A stretch of DNA of 63,976 nt, the filler included, from Octopus bimaculoides (lineage: Eukaryota), in assembly GCF_001194135.2 (NCBI RefSeq). It is 6 parts of 5 records of this genome, joined end to end, with 100 filler letters (N's around TTAATTAATTAA, not from the genome) between each part and the next. Parts side by side here need not be neighbours in the genome. Positions count along the whole stretch, not along the records: positions 37,704 to 48,856 come from NC_068987.1; positions 48,957 to 55,556 come from NC_068985.1; 4 more parts are not named here. One strand, written 5' to 3'. A program made the translations under genes and the position numbers. How positions within the stretch are numbered: position 1 is the first letter of the stretch; each line of letters starts with the position of its first letter. Under the pieces are notes generated by a model. It was not told where the DNA came from. It saw nothing but the letters and a program-made list of their open reading frames with translations, and did no database searches. Shown piece by piece: positions 37,791-49,544 of this stretch.

Positions 37791-39557
37791 ATATATACTT
37801 CTATATACCTGTAAATGTAGATGCACATACACACATATATGATATGTGTGTGTGTATGTATATATATACATGCATAAGCACATACACACACACACACACA
37901 TACACATATATATAGACAGACACAAATATATAATTGCATGTGTGCACATGAATATGCAAGTGTGTATGTTATAAGTCCCTATATACACACATACACATAT
38001 ATATATACATACATATATATATATATAGATATATACATACATATATATATATATACATATATACATACATATATATATAAATATACATATGTATATACAT
38101 ATATATACATATATATATGTGTATATATATATATATACATGTATATACATATATATGTACATATATATATATATACATATATATACATATATATGTGTAT
38201 ATATATANNNNNNNNNNNNNNNNNNNNNNNNNNNNNNNNNNNNNNNNNNNNNNNNNNNNNNNNNNNNNNNNNNNNNNNNNNNNNNNNNNNNNNNNNNNNN
38301 NNNNNNNNNNNNNNNNNNNNNNNNNNNNNNNNNNNNNNNNNNNNNNNNNNNNNNNNNNNNNNNNNNNNNNNNNNNNNNNNNNNNNNNNNNNNNNNNNNNN
38401 NNNNNNNNNNNNNNNNNNNNNNNNNNNNNNNNNNNNNNNNNNNNNNNNNNNNNNNNNNNNNNNNNNNNNNNNNNNNNNNNNNNNNNNNNNNNNNNNNNNN
38501 NNNNNNNNNNNNNNNNNNNNNNNNNNNNNNNNNNNNNNNNNNNNNNNNNNNNNNNNNNNNNNNNNNNNNNNNNNNNNNNNNNNNNNNNNNNNNNNNNNNN
38601 NNNNNNNNNNNNNNNNNNNNNNNNNNNNNNNNNNNNNNNNNNNNNNNNNNNNNNNNNNNNNNNNNNNNNNNNNNNNNNNNNNNNNNNNNNNNNNNNNNNN
38701 NNNNNNNNNNNNNNNNNNNNNNNNNNNNNNNNNNNNNNNNNNNNNNNNNNNNNNNNNNNNNNNNNNNNNNNNNNNNNNNNNNNNNNNNNNNNNNNNNNNN
38801 NNNNNNNNNNNNNNNNNNNNNNNNNNNNNNNNNNNNNNNNNNNNNNNNNNNNNNNNNNNNNNNNNNNNNNNNNNNNNNNNNNNNNNNNNNNNNNNNNNNN
38901 NNNNNNNNNNNNNNNNNNNNNNNNNNNNNNNNNNNNNNNNNNNNNNNNNNNNNNNNNNNNNNNNNNNNNNNNNNNNNNNNNNNNNNNNNNNNNNNNNNNN
39001 NNNNNNNNNNNNNNNNNNNNNNNNNNNNNNNNNNNNNNNNNNNNNNNNNNNNNNNNNNNNNNNNNNNNNNNNNNNNNNNNNNNNNNNNNNNNNNNNNNNN
39101 NNNNNNNNNNNNNNNNNNNNNNNNNNNNNNNNNNNNNNNNNNNNNNNNNNNNNNNNNNNNNNNNNNNNNNNNNNNNNNNNNNNNNNNNNNNGGGTGGAGT
39201 GGGGTGGCTGTTCGGGTGGAGTGGCGGTGTTGTTGGCGGTGGTCAATGGTTGTTTTGGGATTCTGTTAAGTATTGGTGGTGGTGGTGGTTGTGGTGGCGG
39301 TGGTAGTGGTGGTGGTGATAGTGGCAGTGGTGTTGATGATGATGTTGATGGCTGTGACGATGATGATGATTGTAGTGGTGGTGGCGATGATGATGATATT
39401 GATGATGGTGATGGCAGCGGTAATGGTGGTGGTGATGATGGTGATTTTAGCAGTCGTGGTGGTGACGTTGATGATATTGATGACAATGGTGGTGATGAGG
39501 ATGATGATGATGGGGGTGGGGGTGGTAGTGGTGCTGGCAGTGCTAGTGGCAGTGACA

Positions 39558-39589
<32 letters not shown>

Positions 39590-40183
39590 GGTGATATCTA
39601 TGACGATGCTGGGTGGGGGGAGATGGCTATAATTTTGGCAGTGCTAGATCCAAAATAGGAAACAGGTGGAATGATTCTATTTGTTTCTTTGGGATGGTGA
39701 GACGAGGATGGATGGATGGGTGGGTGACACCATCATCATTGTGGTGAGGGTGGAGATAATAATGTTACTGGTTTTAGTGCTGGTATGAGTTTGTAGCAGA
39801 GTCGGCGATGGTGATGACGACGACAGCGACAATGGTAATGATGATGATGTGCTTGAGAAGAAAACCCATCAAGCCAAGTGAAATCATAGTTGTGGCAGAT
39901 ACTGGTGTCATGCAACAGGCACCCATGCCAGTGGCACATACAAGCACCCATTACACTCTTGGAGTGGTTGGCATTAGGAAGGGCATCCAGCTGTAGAAAC
40001 ACTGCCAGATCAGACTTGTGTCTGGTACAGCCCCTTAACTTACCAGCCCTGGTCAAACCATCCAACCCATGCCAGTATGGACAACAACTGTTAAATGATT
40101 ATGATGATGATGATGAACGGGAGAAAAGCATGTCAACGTCTTGTGTGCAATTTTTCCATCTGTTCCTTTGCCATTCTTTTCTG

Positions 40184-40226
<43 letters not shown>

Positions 40227-40859
40227 TGTCTTTGTGTGTGGACCCTTGTAAATAACCTTCATCATCATACAAGCAAGGTTGCTTTCTTCCCATTCTTCTG
40301 TGAGAAGTACACCTAGCCATGGGGAAATATAACCTTACTTGGAAATATATAAAGTTTGGTGACAAAAAAGGCATACTCGGGGCAAATGTCTTCAATGTGT
40401 GTGTGTGTGTGTGTGAGTGTGTGTGCTTGACAATTGGTGTTGGTTTGTTTACATTTCCATAACTTAACAGTTTGGCAAAATAGACTGATAGAATAGGACC
40501 AGATTTAAAGACATAATATATACTCAGTTTGATTCGTTCAACCAAAACCCTTCAAACCAGTGCTGCAGCATGGCCACAGTCCAATGACAAAACAAGTAAA
40601 AGAAGAATAGGAGAGTAAATGAAGAGTTTAGATAATTGGATAAATGCCTTTGTTGATACTCCTAAAGAGACGGGATAGCCATGGTTGGAATGACTTTGGC
40701 AATATAGCTGCTCAGTCACGACTGACATGAAGTAACACAATGACAGCAACAGCATTAGAAGATTATAATTCATGTGTCACAGGCACAGGTGCCCTTCATG
40801 TATTACTGGCACAGGTGCCTTTCATGTGTCACCTGCACTAGGCCACAACTGCAGCTGTA

Positions 40860-41090
40860 ATTCAGAAGAGTGAAGAATAAATAAATACAAGGGCCTGACC
40901 AGCCACTATCAGTTTGTGTCGGTCATCGTTGAAACCTTAGGTGTTCTCAGATCCCTCACTAGCAATTTCCTCCCCAAAATCAGGATAACAGTGGCCCATC
41001 CAGGAAGCGAGCCCTGCATGGTAGAGTGACTGCTGTAGCGAGAGTCTCTGGCCATTTTCTGTAGCAACGCCATTGCAGCCACGACTGTGG
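40860..41090 (+). mobile_element. CRE-like non-LTR retrotransposon RLE C-terminal remnant
   Basis: KYKGLTSHYQFVSVIVETLGVL...RESLAIFCSNA resembles KY..L...Y.F.P.AVETLG.W...QR.S.AIQRGNA. Confidence 0.6.
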
Positions 41091-41942
41091 GTTACATCTG
41101 AGCATGCCATTTGTTTTGGGGTGTGCAGCCCGTTGCTCACCACTCACCATCTTCTTACCACTTAAGCACCATCTTTTTCTTATTCTTTTTTATTTTTGTG
41201 TTTCCTTGTTTCCTTGTAATTAAATTGTGATTTAATAAAGGCCTGATATTGTAGTTCGAATGAAAACTACAATCTCTACTCGTAACAAGAAGACAATTTT
41301 GTCCGTGTCTACTCTGTACAATATTGATTCCTCCGACAGGAGTCTTCAGCATGCCACAAATGGAACAACAGTGTACTTGTTAAACAAACAAAACGGCCAA
41401 GTTAAGTTAGCTCATCTCAGAGAATTAACATTCTTCTTCATCACCACATAATGGAGCAGGAAGGAGATGGGTTGTAAACTTATTGGGGAAAAATAGAACA
41501 AGTTGCAGAGAATTCTTCTATTGATTCTATTTTCATTTCTCTATTTGCTCAAAGAAACTGTCACATGATAAGATTATGTACCATTCACCTCTATTGTTCT
41601 TGGATACATTAATGAGGTAACAGCTACTTGGTCATTTAGCGTGCTAGAAATAGCAGTCAAATCTCACTCTCTCTCTCTCTCTCTCTCCAATAATGGGAAA
41701 AATACACTCATTGGATAATGTAATTCTGGATATAGATGCAGGGGCTGTATGGTTAAGAAGCTTGCTTTACAATCATGTGGTTTCCAGTTCATTCCCACCA
41801 TAAAGCACCTTGGACAAGTGTCTATGCTATAGCCTTGGGCAGACCAATGCCTTGTGAGTGAATTTGGTATGTGGAAACTGTATGGAAGCCTGTTGTGTGT
41901 GTGTGTGTGTGGTTATGTGTTTACATGTGTTTATGTGAGTGT

Positions 41943-41983
<41 letters not shown>

Positions 41984-43533
41984 TGTGTACATGTGTAGTT
42001 GTGTGTTTGCATATGTGTATGAGTGTGTGTGGTTGTGTGTTTGCATCTGTGTATGTGTGTGTGTGTGTGTGCCTGTGTGTGTGTGTGTGTNNNNNNNNNN
42101 NNNNNNNNNNNNNNNNNNNNNNNNNNNNNNNNNNNNNNNNNNNNNNNNNNNNNNNNNNNNNNNNNNNNNNNNNNNNNNNNNNNNNNNNNNNNNNNNNNNN
42201 NNNNNNNNNNNNNNNNNNNNNNNNNNNNNNNNNNNNNNNNNNNNNNNNNNNNNNNNNNNNNNNNNNNNNNNNNNNNNNNNNNNNNNNNNNNNNNNNNNNN
42301 NNNNNNNNNNNNNNNNNNNNNNNNNNNNNNNNNNNNNNNNNNNNNNNNNNNNNNNNNNNNNNNNNNNNNNNNNNNNNNNNNNNNNNNNNNNNNNNNNNNN
42401 NNNNNNNNNNNNNNNNNNNNNNNNNNNNNNNNNNNNNNNNNNNNNNNNNNNNNNNNNNNNNNNNNNNNNNNNNNNNNNNNNNNNNNNNNNNNNNNNNNNN
42501 NNNNNNNNNNNNNNNNNNNNNNNNNNNNNNNNNNNNNNNNNNNNNNNNNNNNNNNNNNNNNNNNNNNNNNNNNNNNNNNNNNNNNNNNNNNNNNNNNNNN
42601 NNNNNNNNNNNNNNNNNNNNNNNNNNNNNNCTCCCACTCACACACACATACACATATGCACACAAACACATACATGTACATATATGCACAAACACATCCC
42701 ACTCACACATGCACACACACGCACATACATACACACACAAAACATATACTCAAGCACCCATATGCATACAAAACTACACATGCACAAGCCAACAAACACA
42801 CACATATACAAACACACATACACAAACATGCATACATGTACATATACATACAAACACATCCACTCACACACACAAACACGCATACATGTACATATACACA
42901 CAAACACATCCACACTCACACACACACACACACAAATACACACATGCATGTACATATACACACAAACACATCCACATTCACACATACATACACACACACA
43001 CACATGCACATATACAAACACAGACATGTACATACACACAATTACACAAACAAATAGACATATACACACACACACAAGGTTTTTGACCCCACCACTCCAA
43101 TTCAAACTGCAATTCTAAGAATATAAATTCCTTTACGGCATTTGATTTCATTAAAAGTTGTTTAATGCATACTTTACTTTTTGTGGAGACCCAAAACCCT
43201 GACCCTGGACAACCAGACGCTCCCCAGTGCCATGCAACCAGACACCGAATATGTCTATCTATAGATAGAAAACAAGTAAACAGACTATTTTGTTTTGGGT
43301 GTCTTTTTTCTTCTTTCCACGTCACCTACATTTTTTATGGGCTTTCATTTTTAAATGTGTGTTTTTCTTTCTTTTATTTTTATTTTCTTTCTATGCGTTT
43401 GTATATGTATATGTATATATATGTGTATATATATATATTTGTGTGTGCGTGCACACGTGGGTGTGTTTGTGAGTATGATTGGAAGAGAGACACAATGAGA
43501 GATAAATGATAGATAGACAGATAGATAGATAGG

Positions 43534-43569
<36 letters not shown>

Positions 43570-43577
43570 CAGACAGA

Positions 43578-43609
<32 letters not shown>

Positions 43610-43827
43610 TAGATAGATAGGCAGATGGATAGACAGGTAGATGGATAGATAGGCACATGCATGAATGTATCTATACATATCTATATAAATATATATATGT
43701 ATTTATATAGATATATGTATTCATGTATGCATACTGTATGTATGTATATATATGTATGTATATATGAAAATATATATATATATATATATATATATCTGAT
43801 ATGATATATAGATATATACATGATATA

Positions 43828-43862
<35 letters not shown>

Positions 43863-44993
43863 TTATATATATATATATATATACACATATATGTGTTTTG
43901 GTATTTTGTGGTGTGTGTTGTGATTGTGATGGTTAGCAGATAGAATTAGTGACCTTATTGAAACGTAGTCTTCTAATATACGTCGTTGTGCCGTCAAAAC
44001 TCCAGATAAAACAACTGACAAGCAAAATAATTTTGCTTTATAAGAAAAAGTCAGAGTATCCAGGTATGTAGGTCACCTTTTAATAAAAGTGGTGTGTGGG
44101 TGGCTGGGTGTGAGTATGTGTGTGTGTGCATTTATACACATGCACACATAAACACACATGGATATGTATATATATATATATGTATGTATGTATGTATATA
44201 TATATGTATGTATGTATATATATATATATANNNNNNNNNNNNNNNNNNNNNNNNNNNNNNNNNNNNNNNNNNNNNNNNNNNNNNNNNNNNNNNNNNNNNN
44301 NNNNNNNNNNNNNNNNNNNNNNNNNNNNNNNNNNNNNNNNNNNNNNNNNNNNNNNNNNNNNNNNNNNNNNNNNNNNNNNNNNNNNNNNNNNNNNNNNNNN
44401 NNNNNNNNNNNNNNNNNNNNNNNNNNNNNNNNNNNNNNNNNNNNNNNNNNNNNNNNNNNNNNNNNNNNNNNNNNTATATATATATATAATGTATATATAT
44501 AAACACACATATGTATACATACATACATATCAAATCAAATCACAATAAAATGGAAATTGTAGTTGTGGCCGATGCCAGTGCCGCCTAACTGGCTCCAGTA
44601 CTGGTGGCACGCAATAAGCAGTATTCATGCATGGGTCATTGCCAGTGCCACCTGACTGGGTCCCCATGCAGGTGGCATGTAAAAAGTACTATTGGAACAT
44701 GGTCAATGCCAGCACCCCCTGCCCTGACTGGCTTCTGTTCCAGTAGCATGTAAAAAGCATCATTTGAATGTGGCCGATGCCAGGGCCACCTGACTGGCTC
44801 CTGTGCTGATGGCATGTAAAAAGCACCCACTACACTCTTGGAGTGGTTGGCATTAGGAAGGGCATCCAGCTGTAGAAACACTGCCAGATCAGATTGGAGC
44901 CTGGTGTAGCCTCCTGGCTTACCAGTCTCCAGTCAAACCATCCAATCCTTGCCAGCATGGAAAACGGACATTAAACGATAATGATGATGATAT

Positions 44994-45025
<32 letters not shown>

Positions 45026-45105
45026 GCACACACATATATACATAAATATATATACATAGATACACACATACATATGTCCATACATATATGCATAAATGTA
45101 TATAT

Positions 45106-45266
45106 AGGCACAGGAGTGGCTGTGTGGTAAGTAACTTGCTTACCAACCACATGGTTCCAGGTTTAGTCCCACTGCGTGGCACCTCGGGAAAGTATCTTCT
45201 ACTATAGCCTGGGGCCAACCAAAGCCTTGTGAGTGGATTTGGTAGACAGAAACTGAAATAAGCCCG

Positions 45267-45314
<48 letters not shown>

Positions 45315-45532
45315 GTGTATGTTTGTGTGTCTGTGTTTGTCATACTCCCCACCATTGCTTGACAACCGATGTTGGTGTGTGTATGTCCCTGTAACTTACC
45401 AGTTCGGCAAAAGACACCGATAGAATAAGTACTAGGCTTACAAAGAATAAGTCCTGGGGTCGATTTGTTCGACTAAAGGCGGTGCTCCAGCATGGCTGCA
45501 ATCAAATGACTGAAACAAATAAAAGAATAAAA
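45106..45532 (+). mobile_element. SINE family 1, full length
   Basis: Family-1 head and tail with CpGs largely retained. Confidence 0.9.
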
Positions 45533-45585
45533 GAATATATATATGTATATATACATATATATAGTCTGTTAAAGTCTGTCATACC

Positions 45586-45625
45586 GGCCATGACGAAGGG
45601 AAATAGCCCTGAAACTCGAGTCGCC
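45586..45625 (+). ncRNA. Minimal type I hammerhead ribozyme-like motif (PLE pLTR type)
   Basis: GGC-C(A)UGACGA-AGGG-aaauag-CCCU-GAAA-CUCGAG-UC-GCC: perfect stem II, palindromic ACUCGAGU stem III, GUC cleavage triplet; one extra A in the core. Confidence 0.65.
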
Positions 45626-46588
45626 TTTATATATTTATATTTATATATTTATATATTTGATCCTTTATATTGAACACTCAATATTTCATCTACATTCAAT
45701 ACTTTCTTTCATGGTGCCATCCATTTTTATTNNNNNNNNNNNNNNNNNNNNNNNNNNNNNNNNNNNNNNNNNNNNNNNNNNNNNNNNNNNNNNNNNNNNN
45801 NNNNNNNNNNNNNNNNNNNNNNNNNNNNNNNNNNNNNNNNNNNNNNNNNNNNNNNNNNNNNNNNNNNNNNNNNNNNNNNNNNNNNNNNNNNNNNNNNNNN
45901 NNNNNNNNNNNNNNNNNNNNNNNNNNNNNNNNNNNNNNNNNNNNNNNNNNNNNNNNNNNNNNNNNNNNNNNNNNNNNNNNNNNNNNNNNNNNNNNNNNNN
46001 NNNNNNNNNNNNNNNNNNNNNNNNNNNNNNNNNNNNNNNNNNNNNNNNNNNNNNNNNNNNNNNNNNNNNNNNNNNNNNNNNNNNNNNNNNNNNNNNNNNN
46101 NNNNNNNNNNNNNNNNNNNNNNNNNNNNNNNNNNNNNNNNNNNNNNNNNNNNNNNNNNNNNNNNNNNNNNNNNNNNNNNNNNNNNNNNNNNNNNNNNNNN
46201 NNNNNNNNNNNNNNNNNNNNNNNNNNNNNNNNNNNNNNNNNNNNNNNNNNNNNNNNNNNNNNNNNNNNNNNNNNNNNNNNNNNNNNNNNNNNNNNNNNNN
46301 NNNNNNNNNNNNNNNNNNNNNNNNNNNNNNNNNNNNNACATGTAAAACCCACTACATAAAGCATCGTCAGGCCTTGCTAGAGCCACGCAGCTCTAGGTTC
46401 AATCCTGTTCTGCAGCACCTTGGGCCAGTATCTTCTTCTGCCCCTTGAGGTCGTTAAATTACTAAATATGGTGTCAGATAACTCTTACAAAGTTTGTCAT
46501 GTTTTAGGACTTGTAATTCTTGACCTGGTCAATGAAAGTATGTTTCTTGGGCCGCGTGAGGGAGTAACTGAACAACAAATGGCAGATA

Positions 46589-46752
46589 ATACAGTTCTAT
46601 ATTTTAAGAGATAAGGAATTATTTACATTCGACGGATATTTGTCCTCATCTTGTTTGTTGTTAACACGTTTCGGCTGATATACCCTTCAGCCTTCTTCAG
46701 GTGTCTTGGGGAAATTTCAAACCTGGGTTCTCATTCCTAAGGTATTTTTCGA

Positions 46753-46783
<31 letters not shown>

Positions 46784-47065
46784 GTTCAGGTCAATTCTTA
46801 GAATCGAACCCACGGGCATATGGCATAGTGGTTAAGAGCATGGGCTACTAACCTAAATATTCCGAGTCCGATTCCAGCCAGTGACCTGAATAATAATAAT
46901 AATAACAATAATAACAACATTGAAGAATACCTTAGGAACGAGAACCCAGGTTCGAAATTTCCTCAAGACACCTGATGAAGGCTGGAGGGTATATCAGCCG
47001 AAATGTTGTATTAACAACAAAAAAAGATGAGGACAAATATCCATCAAATGTAGATAATGTAAATA
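46589..47065. mobile_element. Fold-back tRNA-headed, hammerhead-containing SINE-like element with 12-bp TSD
   Basis: Minus partial copy 46589-46809, plus copy 46810-47065. tRNA-like A box tggcatagtgg and B box-like gagtccgattcc; hammerhead-like motif at 46967-47012; aaatggcagata duplicated at 46577-88 and 47066-77. Confidence 0.85.
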
Positions 47066-47249
47066 AAATGGCAGATATTTAACGGAAGAGTTTATTATTG
47101 CACATTAAAAACAAACTGTGTTGGCCTTTTACAGTTAACAGCAGCGATATTTACTGACTGGAGGAGAGACACTACTCTGAGTCTACGACAAGCTTTTGGG
47201 ACGGAGACCTGCGGCTTGACCAACGCATTCTTTCTTTTTTACTTTCTTT

Positions 47250-47465
47250 CACTTGTTTCAGTCATTTGACTGCGGCCATGCTGGAGCATCGCCTTCAGTC
47301 AAACAAACCGACTGCGGGGCTTATTCTTTGTAAGCCTAGTACTTATTTTATTAGCTCTCTTTTGCTGAATTGCTAGATTATGGGGACGTAAACACACCAA
47401 CATTGGTTGTCAAGCATGACGGGAGGACAAATGCAAACACACAAATACATACATACACACACACA

Positions 47466-47532
<67 letters not shown>

Positions 47533-47692
47533 GTACAATGGGCTTCTTTCAGTTTCCGTCTACCAAATCCGCTCACAAGGCTTTGGCTGGCCCTAGGCTA
47601 TAGTAGAAGACACTTTCCCAAGGTGCCACGCTGTGGAACTGAACCCGGAACTATGTGGTTGGAAAGCAAGCGTCTTACCACACAGCCACTCC
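47250..47692 (-). mobile_element. SINE family 1, full length
   Basis: Reverse complement of the family-1 head and tail with an internal (CA)n. Confidence 0.88.
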
Positions 47693-48206
47693 TGAAGACA
47701 ATTGTAATGTCTTTGTGGTGATAGAGGCTCCTGGTCATCTATCTGCACCATCTATATTAGCCGTCTCCCTGGGTTATCTGGCTGGGCTGTGTAATAGGAC
47801 CGTATAGTGGGGCCATCTGCTGGAGTAGTGTGGTATGGTAAGAATGGAAGCACATATCAAAGTGGTATTGGTGGAAGCGGTGGTAGTGGAGGCAGCGGTG
47901 GTAGTGGAAGCAACAATGGTGGTGGTGTTGATGATCACGATCAAGATGATGGCGATGATAGTGGTGGTGGTGGTGGTGGTAGTGGTGATGATTATGATGA
48001 TGATGATGATGATGGTGAAGATGATGATGACAACAACGATGATGAAAACGACCACGATGACAATAAAAATGACAACGATAATGATGATAACGATGAAGAT
48101 GATGATGATATTGATGATGACTCGAACTTCATCTCTTCCTTTTTTTTTTTTTATTCAACATATTTATCTCACATTTCTTTATGAATTCTTTACAGTTCTT
48201 CACAAT

Positions 48207-48244
<38 letters not shown>

Positions 48245-48777
48245 TTTTTTTCTATTTTAATCTTTTTTGGCATTTGTTACTTCCAATTTATAACAACCAA
48301 GAACAATAGGATTGGCGCTTCGTTTGTAGTGTCATTACTTCAGAGTCTGAAGTTTTGACTTGTAACCATTTCTCCTTAGCACTCAGGGAGTGGGAGTTCT
48401 TTTTTTCCTGTTTGTAGTTCTTATACATTAGCAGTATATCGATTTTAGCACTGTACTGCACTATTAGTACCATTTCTATCATCAATCATCAATTTTTGTA
48501 GGAAATTCTCTATAAAATGGCCATGTTTACTAACGTTTCCTTATTAAGTTTTGGCTTCGTGTTGTGTGATGTTGTACACTGGAAATTCTTCTTTGCTGTA
48601 AATTCTCCACAAAACTCGACTATTAATTATGGAAACGGTTCTAAGAGCACAACACAAGGGAAGAGAATCAATGCACACACTCATGCACATGCACACATAC
48701 ATGTTTATGTGTGTGTGTGTGTGTGTATATGTACATGTGTGTATATATACATATATATATATATATTTATATATACA

Positions 48778-48808
<31 letters not shown>

Positions 48809-48819
48809 TTATATATACA

Positions 48820-48856
<37 letters not shown>

Positions 48857-49004
48857 NNNNNNNNNNNNNNNNNNNNNNNNNNNNNNNNNNNNNNNNNNNN
48901 TTAATTAATTAANNNNNNNNNNNNNNNNNNNNNNNNNNNNNNNNNNNNNNNNNNNNATATAGGAAGAGAGAGCGCAAGATCTATTTGCCAACGTAAGCTG
49001 GACG

Positions 49005-49544
49005 TCCTGATTAGGACGGTGTTACTACCTACTTTTAGCCCCAAGCTGTCTGTCGATGCACAACAGCATCCTTATACCTCGAACCAAAGAGGTAATGTAC
49101 CCACCCAACCTTAAATGCTACCTGTGGACCGATGATTTCTGGGTTATTTCACTTCATCGGCACAGGATAACTTTTGGCTCGAGGTGGTAGCGCTAGTCCT
49201 CGTCGAGGTATGTACTTTTAAACTGACACGTAGTGACTGATCTCGTAAGGAGAAAAGCAAGTAGTTTTAAAACTCTGAGCGACAAATAAGTAGTAACAGT
49301 ACTACAAATTAAAGTCTATTTGCGAAACTAAATTTGCATTCCTGATTAAGACGCTGTTACTACCATTTTAGTCCCACGAAAACATGTTTACCAGCTGGCC
49401 ATCGACGCACAACTGTGTCCTTATATCTCGAACAAGGGAGATAATATCGCTGCTCAACCTTAAACGATACCTGTGGACCACTGGTTTCTAGATTAATTCT
49501 CTTTATCGGCACAAGATAACCGTTGGCTAGAGGTGGCAGCACTA
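49005..49544. repeat. Two diverged direct copies of a ~190-200-bp structured unit (49005-49195, 49340-49544)
   Basis: Shared tcctgatta(g/a)gacg.tgttactacc ... caaccttaaa...tacctgtggacc...atcggcaca.gataac...ggct.gaggtgg.agc.cta. Confidence 0.8.

Noticed and set aside
37656-44548. Numerous long ORFs (YI/CV/HT/X-rich)
   Set aside because: These are translations of (TA)n, (TG)n and (CA)n microsatellites and N gaps.
46812-46885. Functional tRNA genes at SINE heads (also 7068, 60027, 63600)
   Set aside because: A/B boxes are present but the acceptor stems are incomplete and each is fused to repeat body sequence; these are SINE heads.
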